30,342 nucleotides of DNA from Opitutales bacterium (GCA_049598495.1 JBMYNR010000018.1:1-30342), one strand, 5' to 3'; positions 1-8,720 are shown, numbered from the stretch's first letter. Translations and numbers: made by a program. Notes: a model not told the origin generated them from the sequence alone.

Positions 1-134
1 TGTTTATAGTTGAAGGTATCCATAGCAGCAGAATTGACGGCCTGAACGAATACCGCATTTGGTGGCGGACTCACACAGGCGGCAAGTAGCAGTGTCGCGC
101 AAATATGAAAAAATAGGCTCAGGGAGTGCCTCAT
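1..134 (-). CDS. Putative lipoprotein, N-terminal part only (runs off the left edge)
   Basis: Manual translation from ATG 134: MRHSLSLFFHICATLLLAACVSPPPNAVFVQAVNSAAMDTFNYK..., open to the window edge. Hydrophobic stretch ends in the lipobox-like LAAC. An alternative in-frame ATG lies at 155. Not in the ORF track. Confidence 0.65.
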   Translation of the reverse strand, partial: MRHSLSLFFHICATLLLAACVSPPPNAVFVQAVNSAAMDTFNYK

Positions 135-209
135 GATCCGAATATGATGGATCATGAGAGTAAAAATTCAAATCTTGAGCTGCGCTTCGAGTTGAATTTG
201 AACAGGAAC

Positions 210-296
210 ATGCGTTTGACCAAGCAAGAGCAGATCAGCCTGTCCGTGCTTTTACTGATCTTCATCCTCGCCCTGATTGGCTGGTGGTTTTTTTAG
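210..296 (+). CDS. 28-aa single-pass membrane microprotein (hypothetical)
   Basis: ATG 210 to TAG 296 gives MRLTKQEQISLSVLLLIFILALIGWWFF: charged N-terminus then one clean hydrophobic helix. AGGA lies just upstream. Confidence 0.55.
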   Translation: MRLTKQEQISLSVLLLIFILALIGWWFF

Positions 297-486
297 AAGA
301 ATTCCGTCTTCGAGCAACTGTGTCTCAAACAAGCGCATCATCTAAAATCCTGGTGATGCGTCTTGCTCTCAATCTTTAGCAAAAAACCAGTCGTTTAGCG
401 CTTGAAGATCCTCGCTCCTAAGAAGCAATACCACCCAGCGGTTCCCAGGCCGGGTCGGTCATCCGAGATTTCGAGTCGTGTCAGGC

Positions 487-527
487 GTTGCCAATACGCA
501 GGACGGAGCGCCCTCCCCCTGGGCAAC
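487..527. repeat. GC-rich stem-loop just downstream of mraY (REP-like or terminator-like)
   Basis: Nested complementary segments GTTGCC/GGCAAC, CAGG/CCTG and GGAG/CTCC, 30 nt after the mraY stop. No clear U-tract. Confidence 0.35.
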
Positions 528-557
528 ATTTTGAGAATCGATATATGACCACTTCGT

Positions 558-1658
558 TTAACGAAGCTTAAGCGTGGCAAGCCCAGCCATTGCAAAAATA
601 AGCGAGAGGATCCAGAAGCGAATGACCACTTTGTTCTCGTGCCATCCTTTGAGCTCAAAATGGTGATGAATGGGGGACATTTTGAAAATTCGTTTCTTTC
701 GGGTTTTCAGGGACGCCACCTGTAAGATAACCGAACTGATCTCCATGAGGAAGATACCTCCAACGATGAGCAGCGTTAAAGGCTGATGCACCATGAAGGC
801 GATAATTCCGATCAGTCCTCCGAGCGCCAGTGAACCTGTATCGCCCATAAAGACTTCAGCAGGATGTGAATTATACCAGAGGAAGGCAAGGCTGGCACCC
901 AGCACAGCAGCACAAATGACAGCCAACTCACCAGCGCCAGGGATATAACTAATAAAGAGATATTCCGCGATGATGATATTGCCGGCTGCATAAGCCATAA
1001 TCGCATAGGCGAGTGAGACGGTAACCGTGCAACCGATGGCGAGGCCGTCGACCCCATCGGTGAGGTTGAGTGCATTACTGGAACCCGAGAGAACCAGAAA
1101 AAGAAAAGGAACCAGTAGAAGCAGTGACGTCTCGGCACATACGACGTCTTTATAAAAAGGCACCCAAAACTCGCGCATTTTTGCGGCGGACTCGGGCACA
1201 TTGAGCAAGATGAGCAGCGCTACACCGGTCATGACTGCCTGACTCAATAGCTTGAAGCGCCCCGGCAAGCCTTCACTCGTTGCCTTGGTCACTTTTAAGT
1301 AGTCATCCAGAAAGCCAGTCACCGTCAGTCCTAGGTAGATAATAAGTGCCGTATAAACATAAACATTGGGAACAGCCCATAGAACGGAACTAACCACCAC
1401 AGAAAGACAAATCATCAAGCCACCCATGGTTGGAGTTTGGGCTTTGCTCGCATGAATTTCAGCGAGTTTCCCCACTTCATCCTCACCCCGAAAAGCTTGA
1501 CGAACCCTTAACTCCCTCAGCTTTTCGAATATCCACGGCCCGACAATGAATCCAATAATGAGTGCCGTCATACCTGCGAATGCGGCGCGTAATGTAAGAT
1601 AACGGAAAAGCCTGAGAGGCCCAAAGATATGTTCGTATTCGGCGAGTTCGCTTAACAT
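558..1658 (-). CDS. mraY: Phospho-N-acetylmuramoyl-pentapeptide transferase
   Basis: Motifs TPTMGG, GFLDDYLK, NLTDGVDGLA, VFMGDTGSLALGG and PIHHHFE. Multiple TM helices. Follows murF. Confidence 0.98.
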   Translation of the reverse strand: MLSELAEYEHIFGPLRLFRYLTLRAAFAGMTALIIGFIVGPWIFEKLRELRVRQAFRGEDEVGKLAEIHASKAQTPTMGGLMICLSVVVSSVLWAVPNVYVYTALIIYLGLTVTGFLDDYLKVTKATSEGLPGRFKLLSQAVMTGVALLILLNVPESAAKMREFWVPFYKDVVCAETSLLLLVPFLFLVLSGSSNALNLTDGVDGLAIGCTVTVSLAYAIMAYAAGNIIIAEYLFISYIPGAGELAVICAAVLGASLAFLWYNSHPAEVFMGDTGSLALGGLIGIIAFMVHQPLTLLIVGGIFLMEISSVILQVASLKTRKKRIFKMSPIHHHFELKGWHENKVVIRFWILSLIFAMAGLATLKLR

Positions 1659-1667
1659 TGCTTAATT

Positions 1668-3041
1668 CTATTTGGTTTTATTGGGTAAAAGTTGCTCGAG
1701 ACAGTAGCTGCGACTACCCTTCAGAAAGATGGCTCCTTCGAAATCCGCAACGATTGATTTGAGGCCTTCTGTGTTATCCACACAGCGCACTTGTTTTTCC
1801 TGAGCGAAGTTGGCAAGAGCGCCTTTCCGATAGGCCGCCGTAAGCGGGTCGGGACCAATGAAATACGCGAGGTCCCTCGGCCCGAGCTTGAGTCTCTGCC
1901 CAGTCTGTTGGTGTGCTTCCTCGGCAAAATCTCCCAATTCGTTCATCGCCCCGAGGACAAAAAGTTTAGCTGTATTTTTTGGCACGACACGGATGAAGGC
2001 CTGTAACGCATCCTTCATCGAAGCCGGATTGGCATTATAGCAGTCCACATAAAAAGCCTGAGAGCCAAGGATCTCAAATCGTCCACGGTCACTCCCTGGG
2101 CGCCAAGCCTCGATCCTCGGGCGAATTTCCTTGCTTGAGATGCCAAGCCTGAGCGCCGCTGTAATCGCAAGCGCCGCGTTGACTGCCATCCCACGACTTG
2201 CGCATTGAATTTGATAACTTTGTCCCGAAACTTGGAGCAAATGTGACTGTCCACAATCCGATGCCTCGACTCCATAATGGATTAAATCTCGAAGTGGCAA
2301 TGCGGGCTCACTTGCTCCCTGCGGCAGGAGAACCACCGCTCGCTCCGAAAGTTCTGCAAATGCAGGATACATGAGGGCTTCTGCAGGCAGAATGATTGGC
2401 GAATCCATCACCCCTTCGCACGCGACTTGGGACTTCTCAACTGCAATATTTTCGAGTGAACCAAGTAATTCGAGGTGCGCTGGTCCGATGTTGGTGAGGA
2501 TCGTCAAGTCGGCACGTATCATCTCGCCCAGCAATTGCATCTCCTGAGGTTGGTTAATACCCGCTTCGATCACGGCAAAGTTGTGCGACTTTGGCTCAAG
2601 CCCGAGAAGTGTCATCGGCACACCGATCCTGTTGTTCCAATTGCCCGCCGTTGCGTGGCACTCATCCTCCCCCAAGAGCAGGCGCAGCATCTCCTTGGTC
2701 GAGGTTTTTCCGCAACTACCCGTGATGCCAACCACCGGTTTGGTATAACCCGCACGAACTCCTGCCCCCAACTTACCTAGAGCTAGTAGACAATCCGCAA
2801 CCTTCAACTGAGGGAGACTCGAATCGACTTTTCGCTCAACCATGAGGGCGGTCGCACCACCTGCCTCTGCTTGCCCGACAAAATCATGACCGTCACGCGC
2901 ACCTCCGCTTAGTGCGACAAAGCACTCACCCGATTGAATTCTCCGAGCATCAAAACAAAAACCCTTAATCTCTCCACAAAGGCTGCCAAGCCATGAACCT
3001 CTCGTCCAATTTGCAATCTCTCGTGGATCAAAAGATGTCAT
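1668..3041 (-). CDS. murF: UDP-N-acetylmuramoyl-tripeptide--D-alanyl-D-alanine ligase
   Basis: DGHDF, GITGSCGKTSTKE, GNWNNRIGVP, DCYNANPASM, LGAMNELG and KGSR motifs. Overlaps the murE stop by 4 nt. Confidence 0.97.
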   Translation of the reverse strand: MTSFDPREIANWTRGSWLGSLCGEIKGFCFDARRIQSGECFVALSGGARDGHDFVGQAEAGGATALMVERKVDSSLPQLKVADCLLALGKLGAGVRAGYTKPVVGITGSCGKTSTKEMLRLLLGEDECHATAGNWNNRIGVPMTLLGLEPKSHNFAVIEAGINQPQEMQLLGEMIRADLTILTNIGPAHLELLGSLENIAVEKSQVACEGVMDSPIILPAEALMYPAFAELSERAVVLLPQGASEPALPLRDLIHYGVEASDCGQSHLLQVSGQSYQIQCASRGMAVNAALAITAALRLGISSKEIRPRIEAWRPGSDRGRFEILGSQAFYVDCYNANPASMKDALQAFIRVVPKNTAKLFVLGAMNELGDFAEEAHQQTGQRLKLGPRDLAYFIGPDPLTAAYRKGALANFAQEKQVRCVDNTEGLKSIVADFEGAIFLKGSRSYCLEQLLPNKTK

Positions 3042-4630
3042 CTTTCAGAGATACCCTTCAACCGAATAAGTTCACGAGCCATCTGACGATCATCAAACGG
3101 AATCACCGTACCGTCAAATTCCTGATAGGCCTCATGCCCTTTGCCTGCAATCAGGAGGCAATCGCCCGCCTCAGCAGAATCAAGTGCCTCCGAGATGGCA
3201 TGCTTTCTATCTGCGACAAAGTTCGCGTTTTGACTACCCGATGCCGCTCGCATATCAGTGAAAATCTGGTCAAGCGACTCTGTGCGTGGATTATCAGAGG
3301 TGACATAGACAGTATCCGCACCATCAAGCACGGCCCGTAGCATCGGCGCGCGCTTTGTTCGGTCACGATCGCCACCGCATCCGAAGACGACGATGAGACG
3401 GCCCGGGGTAATTTCCTGGAGCATCTCGCAGGCATGCGCCAGCGCATCATCGGTATGCGCATAATCGACCAACACGTTAAAGCTTTGTCCCTCATTGATA
3501 CGTTCCATCCGTCCGGGCACGCCTGGAATCGTTGCTATGCGCTCAAGCGCTTTCCCAATAGAGCCACCTTTTGCTCGGATAAGGGCAAGTGAAGCCAGCA
3601 GGTTACTTACATTGTATCGGCCGAGCAGGGGTGAAACGACCTTTGCCCGACCCTCCGGCCACACAAGATCAAATTCCGTCCGATTCGAATAAAGGGCAAC
3701 GTTCTCAGCCCGCAGGTCTGCATCCACCTCAATCCCATAAGTACTCAGTTCAATTCCCGACTCAAGCTCCTCCAGTAAACGACGCCCATAGGGACAATTG
3801 ACATTGATCACACCCGCCCTTGGGCGCTCCCCCATCTCGCCGGTAAAGAGGCGTCGTTTGACCTCGTAATACGCCTCCATCGACTTGTGGTAGTCGATAT
3901 GATCACGAGTCAGGTTTAAAAAAGCCGCGACATCCACCGACAGACCGTAGGTGCGCTTCTGGTCTATGCCATGGGAGCTCACTTCCATGACCGCATCGCT
4001 GCATTGGTTTTCCACCATCTGAGCTAGTAAGGCGTAAATATCGACCGACTCCGGAGTCGTACGAAAAGAAGGTAGAGATCGCTTTCCCAGATCGTAACGA
4101 ATCGTCCCGAGCAGACCGACCCTATCCTGGCCTCCCATTAGATACTGAGTCAGCATTGATACGGTCGTCTTACCATTTGTCCCCGTAATGCCGATGATCC
4201 CCATCTTATCGTCCGGCTGCTCATAGAATACGCGAGAGACCATAGCTAATGCCTTGCGGACATCATCCACCTGAATGAAATCAATTGGGAAATGGGATCC
4301 CAGATCCTCTTCAGTGACGATCGCGACCGCGCCGCGATCGACCGCTTCTTCCACGAAAAGATTCCCATCTGTTCGCAAGCCTGGTATTGCGAAGAAGAGT
4401 GCCCCGGGAACAACCCGTCGACTATCCGTAATCAAGCACGTCACCTCGCTGTCCTCACGCAGTTTGCGCTGGAGGCTACCCACTCCCTCGAAGAGCTGGT
4501 TGACCCGAGGGTTCATCGGAAAATGCTGACCGCTATCCGACATACTCTGTTGCAAACGGCGTGAGTATTTTTGTCGCGAACTAGCAGCGGAGAGCAATGT
4601 ACTAATTTGAAATTCTGCGAGACCGATCAT
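3038..4630 (-). CDS. murE: UDP-N-acetylmuramoyl-L-alanyl-D-glutamate--2,6-diaminopimelate ligase
   Basis: TDSRRV, GITGTNGKTT, TTPES, MEVSSH, DYAHTDDAL, FGCGGDRD, DNPR (meso-DAP type) and AGKGHE. The ORF-track start at 4864 overlaps ftsI too far. ATG 4630 (MIGLAEF...) or the downstream MSDSG/MNPRV starts are more plausible; start uncertain. Confidence 0.95.
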   Translation of the reverse strand: MIGLAEFQISTLLSAASSRQKYSRRLQQSMSDSGQHFPMNPRVNQLFEGVGSLQRKLREDSEVTCLITDSRRVVPGALFFAIPGLRTDGNLFVEEAVDRGAVAIVTEEDLGSHFPIDFIQVDDVRKALAMVSRVFYEQPDDKMGIIGITGTNGKTTVSMLTQYLMGGQDRVGLLGTIRYDLGKRSLPSFRTTPESVDIYALLAQMVENQCSDAVMEVSSHGIDQKRTYGLSVDVAAFLNLTRDHIDYHKSMEAYYEVKRRLFTGEMGERPRAGVINVNCPYGRRLLEELESGIELSTYGIEVDADLRAENVALYSNRTEFDLVWPEGRAKVVSPLLGRYNVSNLLASLALIRAKGGSIGKALERIATIPGVPGRMERINEGQSFNVLVDYAHTDDALAHACEMLQEITPGRLIVVFGCGGDRDRTKRAPMLRAVLDGADTVYVTSDNPRTESLDQIFTDMRAASGSQNANFVADRKHAISEALDSAEAGDCLLIAGKGHEAYQEFDGTVIPFDDRQMARELIRLKGISER

Positions 4631-6413
4631 ATATGGAAGGTTGTAAATTAACGAAGGAGGCATCGGAGCGAGCCGGCCGGATACCGAGATAGGCGATACA
4701 TGCCTCCGCGATATTACCGAAAGCCGGAGCGGCCACGGAACCACCGTAACCCACGCCATTTGAATGGGGCTCGTCCACGACCACCGTGATGACAAGCGAA
4801 GGATTCTCTGCGGGGAAAAACCCGCTGAAGGACGCAACGTGGTGTTGGTTCGAATACCGGCCATTCACAATCTTTTGGGTCGTGCCCGTCTTGCCGGCGA
4901 CGTCGTAATTCTCGATCGAAGCGCGACGGGCTGTGCCTCGCTCGCCGACCACATCCGCCAACATGGAAGCAACGGTGGCCGCCACATCTGCGGAAACCAC
5001 ACGGCGCTTCGCCTTCGGCTGGAAGCGAATGATATCATCACCGGAATGATCGAAGACACGCTTTGCCAGCATAGGCTCCATAAGGACGCCATCGTTGGCA
5101 ATGACCGACATCGATGCATGCACTTGCATCGGTGTCGCGCTCACTGCGTGCCCCATTGGCAGTCGGGTGATTGTCAGCCCGTCCCAATTGCGAGGTGAAT
5201 GTAGCGTCCCGCTGATCTCCCCTCCCAGATCTGCACCCGTCTTTTCACCAAAACCGAAATTAGCAGCATAATCGTAGAGGCGTTGATCCCCCAGAATTAA
5301 ACCAAGGTGCGCTGCACCGCGGTTACTGGATTTAACGACAATATCGTGAACCGAGAGCTCCTCATAGTCACGATGGTCTGCGGGTAGTTTAAGCGTCCGC
5401 CCCTTGTAACGCACACGGGCGACACCCGTTTTAAACATATCATTGGGATGAACGATGCCCTCATTGAGGGCCGCAGCCGCCGGCACAATTTTAAAGGTAG
5501 ATCCGGGCTCAAAGACATCCGTCAACGCACGGTTACGCTGGTTGGCGATCGGATATTTTTTTGTGTTATAAAACTCGTTGGGATCGTAGCTCGGATAGTT
5601 CCCCATCGCAAGCACGGCGCCCGTTGCAGGCTGGCTCACGATGACACTGACTCCCTTCGGTTGAAACTCGTCGGCAATCCGTTGAATCTCACGTTCGACA
5701 ATATGTTGGACCATTTGATCGATAGTCAGCTCAACATTCAAGCCATCGGAAGGAGCGACTTCACGCTCACGAAACTGAGCAAGCTCGTGACGTTTGCCAT
5801 CACGCTCGGTTTCGCGCCAGCCATCCTGGCCGCGCAGATAATAGTCGAAGAAACGCTCGACACCGGTAACCGGGGTTTCCTCCTTATTCACATAGCCGAG
5901 CACATGAGCGGCGAGTTGCCCGGCGGGATAGGATCGGCTGTGGCTCTGATTTCCATAGATGGCTCGAATACCAAGTGCTTTAACAGCTTCGTGGGTGGCT
6001 TCATCGGCATCTTTTGCGAGAACGGCCCAACGTATCAGTCGCACCTCTTTACCCTCACTAACCTTTCGAGTCTTACGATGAACAAGAGCTTCAATCTCCT
6101 CGAGAGGCTTACCTAGGATCCTGGCGAGTTCGGGCAGCTTACCGAAGTCGGTTTCCTTAAACGATTGCGGATCGACGCCGATGTTATAGGAGGTACGAGT
6201 CGTCGCGAGGAGGTTACCCCTCGCATCCACTATATTGCCTCGGCGAGCCTCCACAACATTGACCATCTTGCGATTGCCCTCGACATGCTCACGCAGGGCA
6301 TCCTGCTCCCAGACGTGCAGATAAAACAGGCGTCCCAGCAAGACAGAAAATGCAAAGGCCACAGCTAGGATAACGAGCGCCGAGCGCCCGGTCGATACGA
6401 AGGCCTTACTCAT
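4602..6413 (-). CDS. ftsI: Class B penicillin-binding protein (FtsI/PBP3)
   Basis: N-terminal TM anchor, RRGNIVD, RSYP, EPGSTFK (SxxK), KSSN (SxN) and AGKTGT (KTG). dcw position. Confidence 0.95.
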   Translation of the reverse strand: MSKAFVSTGRSALVILAVAFAFSVLLGRLFYLHVWEQDALREHVEGNRKMVNVVEARRGNIVDARGNLLATTRTSYNIGVDPQSFKETDFGKLPELARILGKPLEEIEALVHRKTRKVSEGKEVRLIRWAVLAKDADEATHEAVKALGIRAIYGNQSHSRSYPAGQLAAHVLGYVNKEETPVTGVERFFDYYLRGQDGWRETERDGKRHELAQFREREVAPSDGLNVELTIDQMVQHIVEREIQRIADEFQPKGVSVIVSQPATGAVLAMGNYPSYDPNEFYNTKKYPIANQRNRALTDVFEPGSTFKIVPAAAALNEGIVHPNDMFKTGVARVRYKGRTLKLPADHRDYEELSVHDIVVKSSNRGAAHLGLILGDQRLYDYAANFGFGEKTGADLGGEISGTLHSPRNWDGLTITRLPMGHAVSATPMQVHASMSVIANDGVLMEPMLAKRVFDHSGDDIIRFQPKAKRRVVSADVAATVASMLADVVGERGTARRASIENYDVAGKTGTTQKIVNGRYSNQHHVASFSGFFPAENPSLVITVVVDEPHSNGVGYGGSVAAPAFGNIAEACIAYLGIRPARSDASFVNLQPSIYDRSRRISN

Positions 6414-6422
6414 TCAGTCAAT

Positions 6423-6629
6423 CTATGCTACGCGGTTAGTCGAATCGGATTTACAGAGATTAGCCAAACGGCGCAGAGTTTTGCGGGAAGGCCGGAGTCG
6501 CTCACGTTTGGATGGAGTATTCGACAACGCACCGACAAGTGAAGGGTCGGCTCCTTGGAGGATGAGCGACTCTGCGCAATAGGCCGAGCGCTGGGCCCGG
6601 AATCTATAGTAGCTGGAGGTAACTTGCAT
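6423..6629 (-). CDS. Hypothetical 68-aa basic protein inside the dcw operon
   Basis: Fills almost the whole 240-bp ftsL-ftsI gap on the operon strand and ends 9 nt before the ftsI ATG. CAA-rich unstructured leader. No recognisable family. Confidence 0.45.
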   Translation of the reverse strand: MQVTSSYYRFRAQRSAYCAESLILQGADPSLVGALSNTPSKRERLRPSRKTLRRLANLCKSDSTNRVA

Positions 6630-6653
6630 GGGACGCCTGTTGTTTGTTGTTTG

Positions 6654-7034
6654 TTAGCGAGTTGTGTTCAGATCAAGCAGTGCGAGATCCATCGACACCT
6701 CGTAAGGTTGTGAGACAGTGTAGGTTCTGCCGGAAGCAAGTTGGCGCTCTTGCACCCAGACGATCTGGTCCTCGAGAGAGGGCCGAAGCACACCGGCTAC
6801 CTTGCCCTGCAAGACAACAGGCTGTTGATACCCGGCGATGCGTTCATCGAGGAAACGGAGCTTCCGAGCGGTCTCGGCCAGTTTCGACTCGAACTGCTTA
6901 CTATTCTGAGCCGTTCGAGAGATTTGCTGCTGCATCCATACAATCGAGAACGCACTCCCAACGGTGACCAAAATCAAGGTGAAGATGAGGGTGGCAACAC
7001 GCCTACGGTTTTTTGGGGACTTATGAAACATCAT
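6654..7034 (-). CDS. FtsL-like cell division protein
   Basis: 126 aa with a short basic N-terminus, one TM helix and a coiled-coil-like segment. Sits between rsmH and ftsI, the canonical ftsL slot. Confidence 0.7.
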   Translation of the reverse strand: MMFHKSPKNRRRVATLIFTLILVTVGSAFSIVWMQQQISRTAQNSKQFESKLAETARKLRFLDERIAGYQQPVVLQGKVAGVLRPSLEDQIVWVQERQLASGRTYTVSQPYEVSMDLALLDLNTTR

Positions 7035-7043
7035 CGTGTAGGG

Positions 7044-8003
7044 TTAAGAAATCTTGCGGATCGCCCTAAGGCGTGCGCTGCGGCTACGGGGGTTCGTGGC
7101 AATTTCGTCTTCGCTCGGGCTAATGGGACGCGTGGAGATCATCCGCGCTCGAATCTCACGTTCATCCTGTGTTCGATTGTCTTTCGCATGCTCTGGTCGG
7201 CCGGCCATCTTTCGGCAGAAGCGTTTCACAATCCGATCCTCCAGCGAATGAAAGCTGATCGCTGCGAGCACGCCTTCGGGTAAAAGGCGATCGAACGCCG
7301 CCGGCAGGCCGCGCTCGATCGCACTCAACTCATCGTTCACCTCAACCCGAATGCCTTGAAAAGTTCTCGTCGCAGGGTGCACGGTCTTCCGCCCCCGTGG
7401 TCCCGAACCAACAGCGCTCGCGATGATATCCGCGAGACTCTTTGTGCGCTGAAGAGCGCCCGTTCCGCGTGCGGCTACAATCGATTGGACCACCCGTCGC
7501 CAGCGTTGTTCCTCGCCGTAGTTGCGAACCGCCCGAACTAGGGCTTCCTCGTCTGCCGTCTCGAGGAAGTCCGCCGCACTGATACCCTCGCTTGGGTTCA
7601 TCCGCATGTCCACTGGCGCATCGGAACGAAAAGAGAACCCGCGCTCGCCCGTATCCAGCTGGAAGGAGGACAAGCCGAAGTCGAAAAGAACCCCGTGAAA
7701 CCCAGACTCATCTAGATCCACAAGATCACCGAAATTCATATGATAGAGACGAAAGCGGTCACCGAATTCAGTCTTTAAGGCCTCAGATCTGGAAATCGCG
7801 GCGGGATCACGATCCAGGGCGATTACCTCAACGCCCTCAGCTGCTTCCAGGAATGCGCGAGTATGCCCGCCGCCGCCAAAAGTCCCATCGAGTAGTTTCG
7901 CCCCGGCACAAGGAGACAGCAGTTCCAACGTCTCTTGAAGCAAGACGGGGACATGACCACTCCCGACGGCATGGCCGGCAACATCATCGATGGCGGAAAA
8001 CAT
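7044..8003 (-). CDS. rsmH: 16S rRNA m4C1402 methyltransferase
   Basis: HVPVLLQE, DGTFGGGGH, DFGLSSFQLD, RGFSF, HPATRTFQ, ISFHSLEDRIVK and NPRSRSARLR. Confidence 0.98.
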   Translation of the reverse strand: MFSAIDDVAGHAVGSGHVPVLLQETLELLSPCAGAKLLDGTFGGGGHTRAFLEAAEGVEVIALDRDPAAISRSEALKTEFGDRFRLYHMNFGDLVDLDESGFHGVLFDFGLSSFQLDTGERGFSFRSDAPVDMRMNPSEGISAADFLETADEEALVRAVRNYGEEQRWRRVVQSIVAARGTGALQRTKSLADIIASAVGSGPRGRKTVHPATRTFQGIRVEVNDELSAIERGLPAAFDRLLPEGVLAAISFHSLEDRIVKRFCRKMAGRPEHAKDNRTQDEREIRARMISTRPISPSEDEIATNPRSRSARLRAIRKIS

Positions 8004-8217
8004 TCAGGCAGCTTTGTAGTAGGTTAGCTTTGTTGGTTGCTTTAAAGTGAGCCCGCTCACGACGCTGGAGGGCATCGTGCACAGCATTGGTCGTGAAGAA
8101 GGGGCCACGAGGCGGAGAAGAAAACGTCCAACCACTGCTCCGCTCGGTTCTCGGTCGCGTGATGTATCCGGAAGAGCGGAAGTTCTCACGGGCAATGGTT
8201 TCAAAGATCTTACTCAT
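7984..8217 (-). CDS. Hypothetical 77-aa basic protein between mraZ and rsmH
   Basis: From ATG 8217: MSKIFETIARENFRSSGYITRPRTERSSGWTFSSPPRGPFF... It fills the 254-bp gap and overlaps the rsmH start by 20 nt. C/A-rich leader. Confidence 0.5.
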   Translation of the reverse strand: MSKIFETIARENFRSSGYITRPRTERSSGWTFSSPPRGPFFTTNAVHDALQRRERAHFKATNKANLLQSCLNVFRHR

Positions 8218-8257
8218 GGGTTTGGCTTGGTTGGGGTTACTTGGGGTTGCTTGGAAA

Positions 8258-8719
8258 TTAGAGGCCAAAACCTTTCACGATATCAGCGAGATCGTCCTCG
8301 CCCTCTTCATAAGCCATCAACTGATCGTAGAAGGCCTCGTCATAGATCATAAATTTCGACGCCTCCCCAAGCAGAACCACCGACTTCTTCAAGCCGGCGT
8401 GCTCGATGAGCTTTTCGTTCAAATGAATACGCCCCTGCTTGTCGCACTTGAAGGCGTGCGCCTTGGACATGAGACGGCGGATCGCGCGCTGCCCCTGCCG
8501 GTCACCCATACTGACCTGCGAAAGCCGTTCATTCAGCTGCTCAATCATCTTCGGCGGGTAAACCGTGACGGATTTTTCCGTGAGACTTGGGAGCGCGAGA
8601 AAATTGTTTTCGTCAGAATCAATCCCCGGACGCCACTGCGAAGGAATCGTTAGACGCCCCTTGTCGTCCATACTGTGGCGGTATTCCCCCACAAACTGAC
8701 CTCTATTTACACCACTCAT
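8258..8719 (-). CDS. mraZ: Division/cell-wall cluster transcriptional repressor MraZ
   Basis: Two SpoVT/AbrB-type repeats (FVGEYRHSMDDKGRLTIP and CDKQGRI). First gene of the dcw cluster. Confidence 0.95.
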   Translation of the reverse strand: MSGVNRGQFVGEYRHSMDDKGRLTIPSQWRPGIDSDENNFLALPSLTEKSVTVYPPKMIEQLNERLSQVSMGDRQGQRAIRRLMSKAHAFKCDKQGRIHLNEKLIEHAGLKKSVVLLGEASKFMIYDEAFYDQLMAYEEGEDDLADIVKGFGL

Positions 8720-8720
8720 A

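Noticed and set aside
395..658. 87-aa minus-strand ORF overlapping the mraY 3' end
   Set aside because: 100-nt out-of-frame overlap with mraY and runs through a hairpin; no coding features.
1774..1782. DnaA-box-like 9-mers inside murF (and near 5884 in ftsI)
   Set aside because: Isolated, inside coding sequence, with no cluster or AT-rich unwinding element; not an origin.
4631..4864. ORF-track N-terminal extension making MurE 608 aa
   Set aside because: Overlaps ftsI by more than 260 nt in another frame and reads as non-protein-like sequence.
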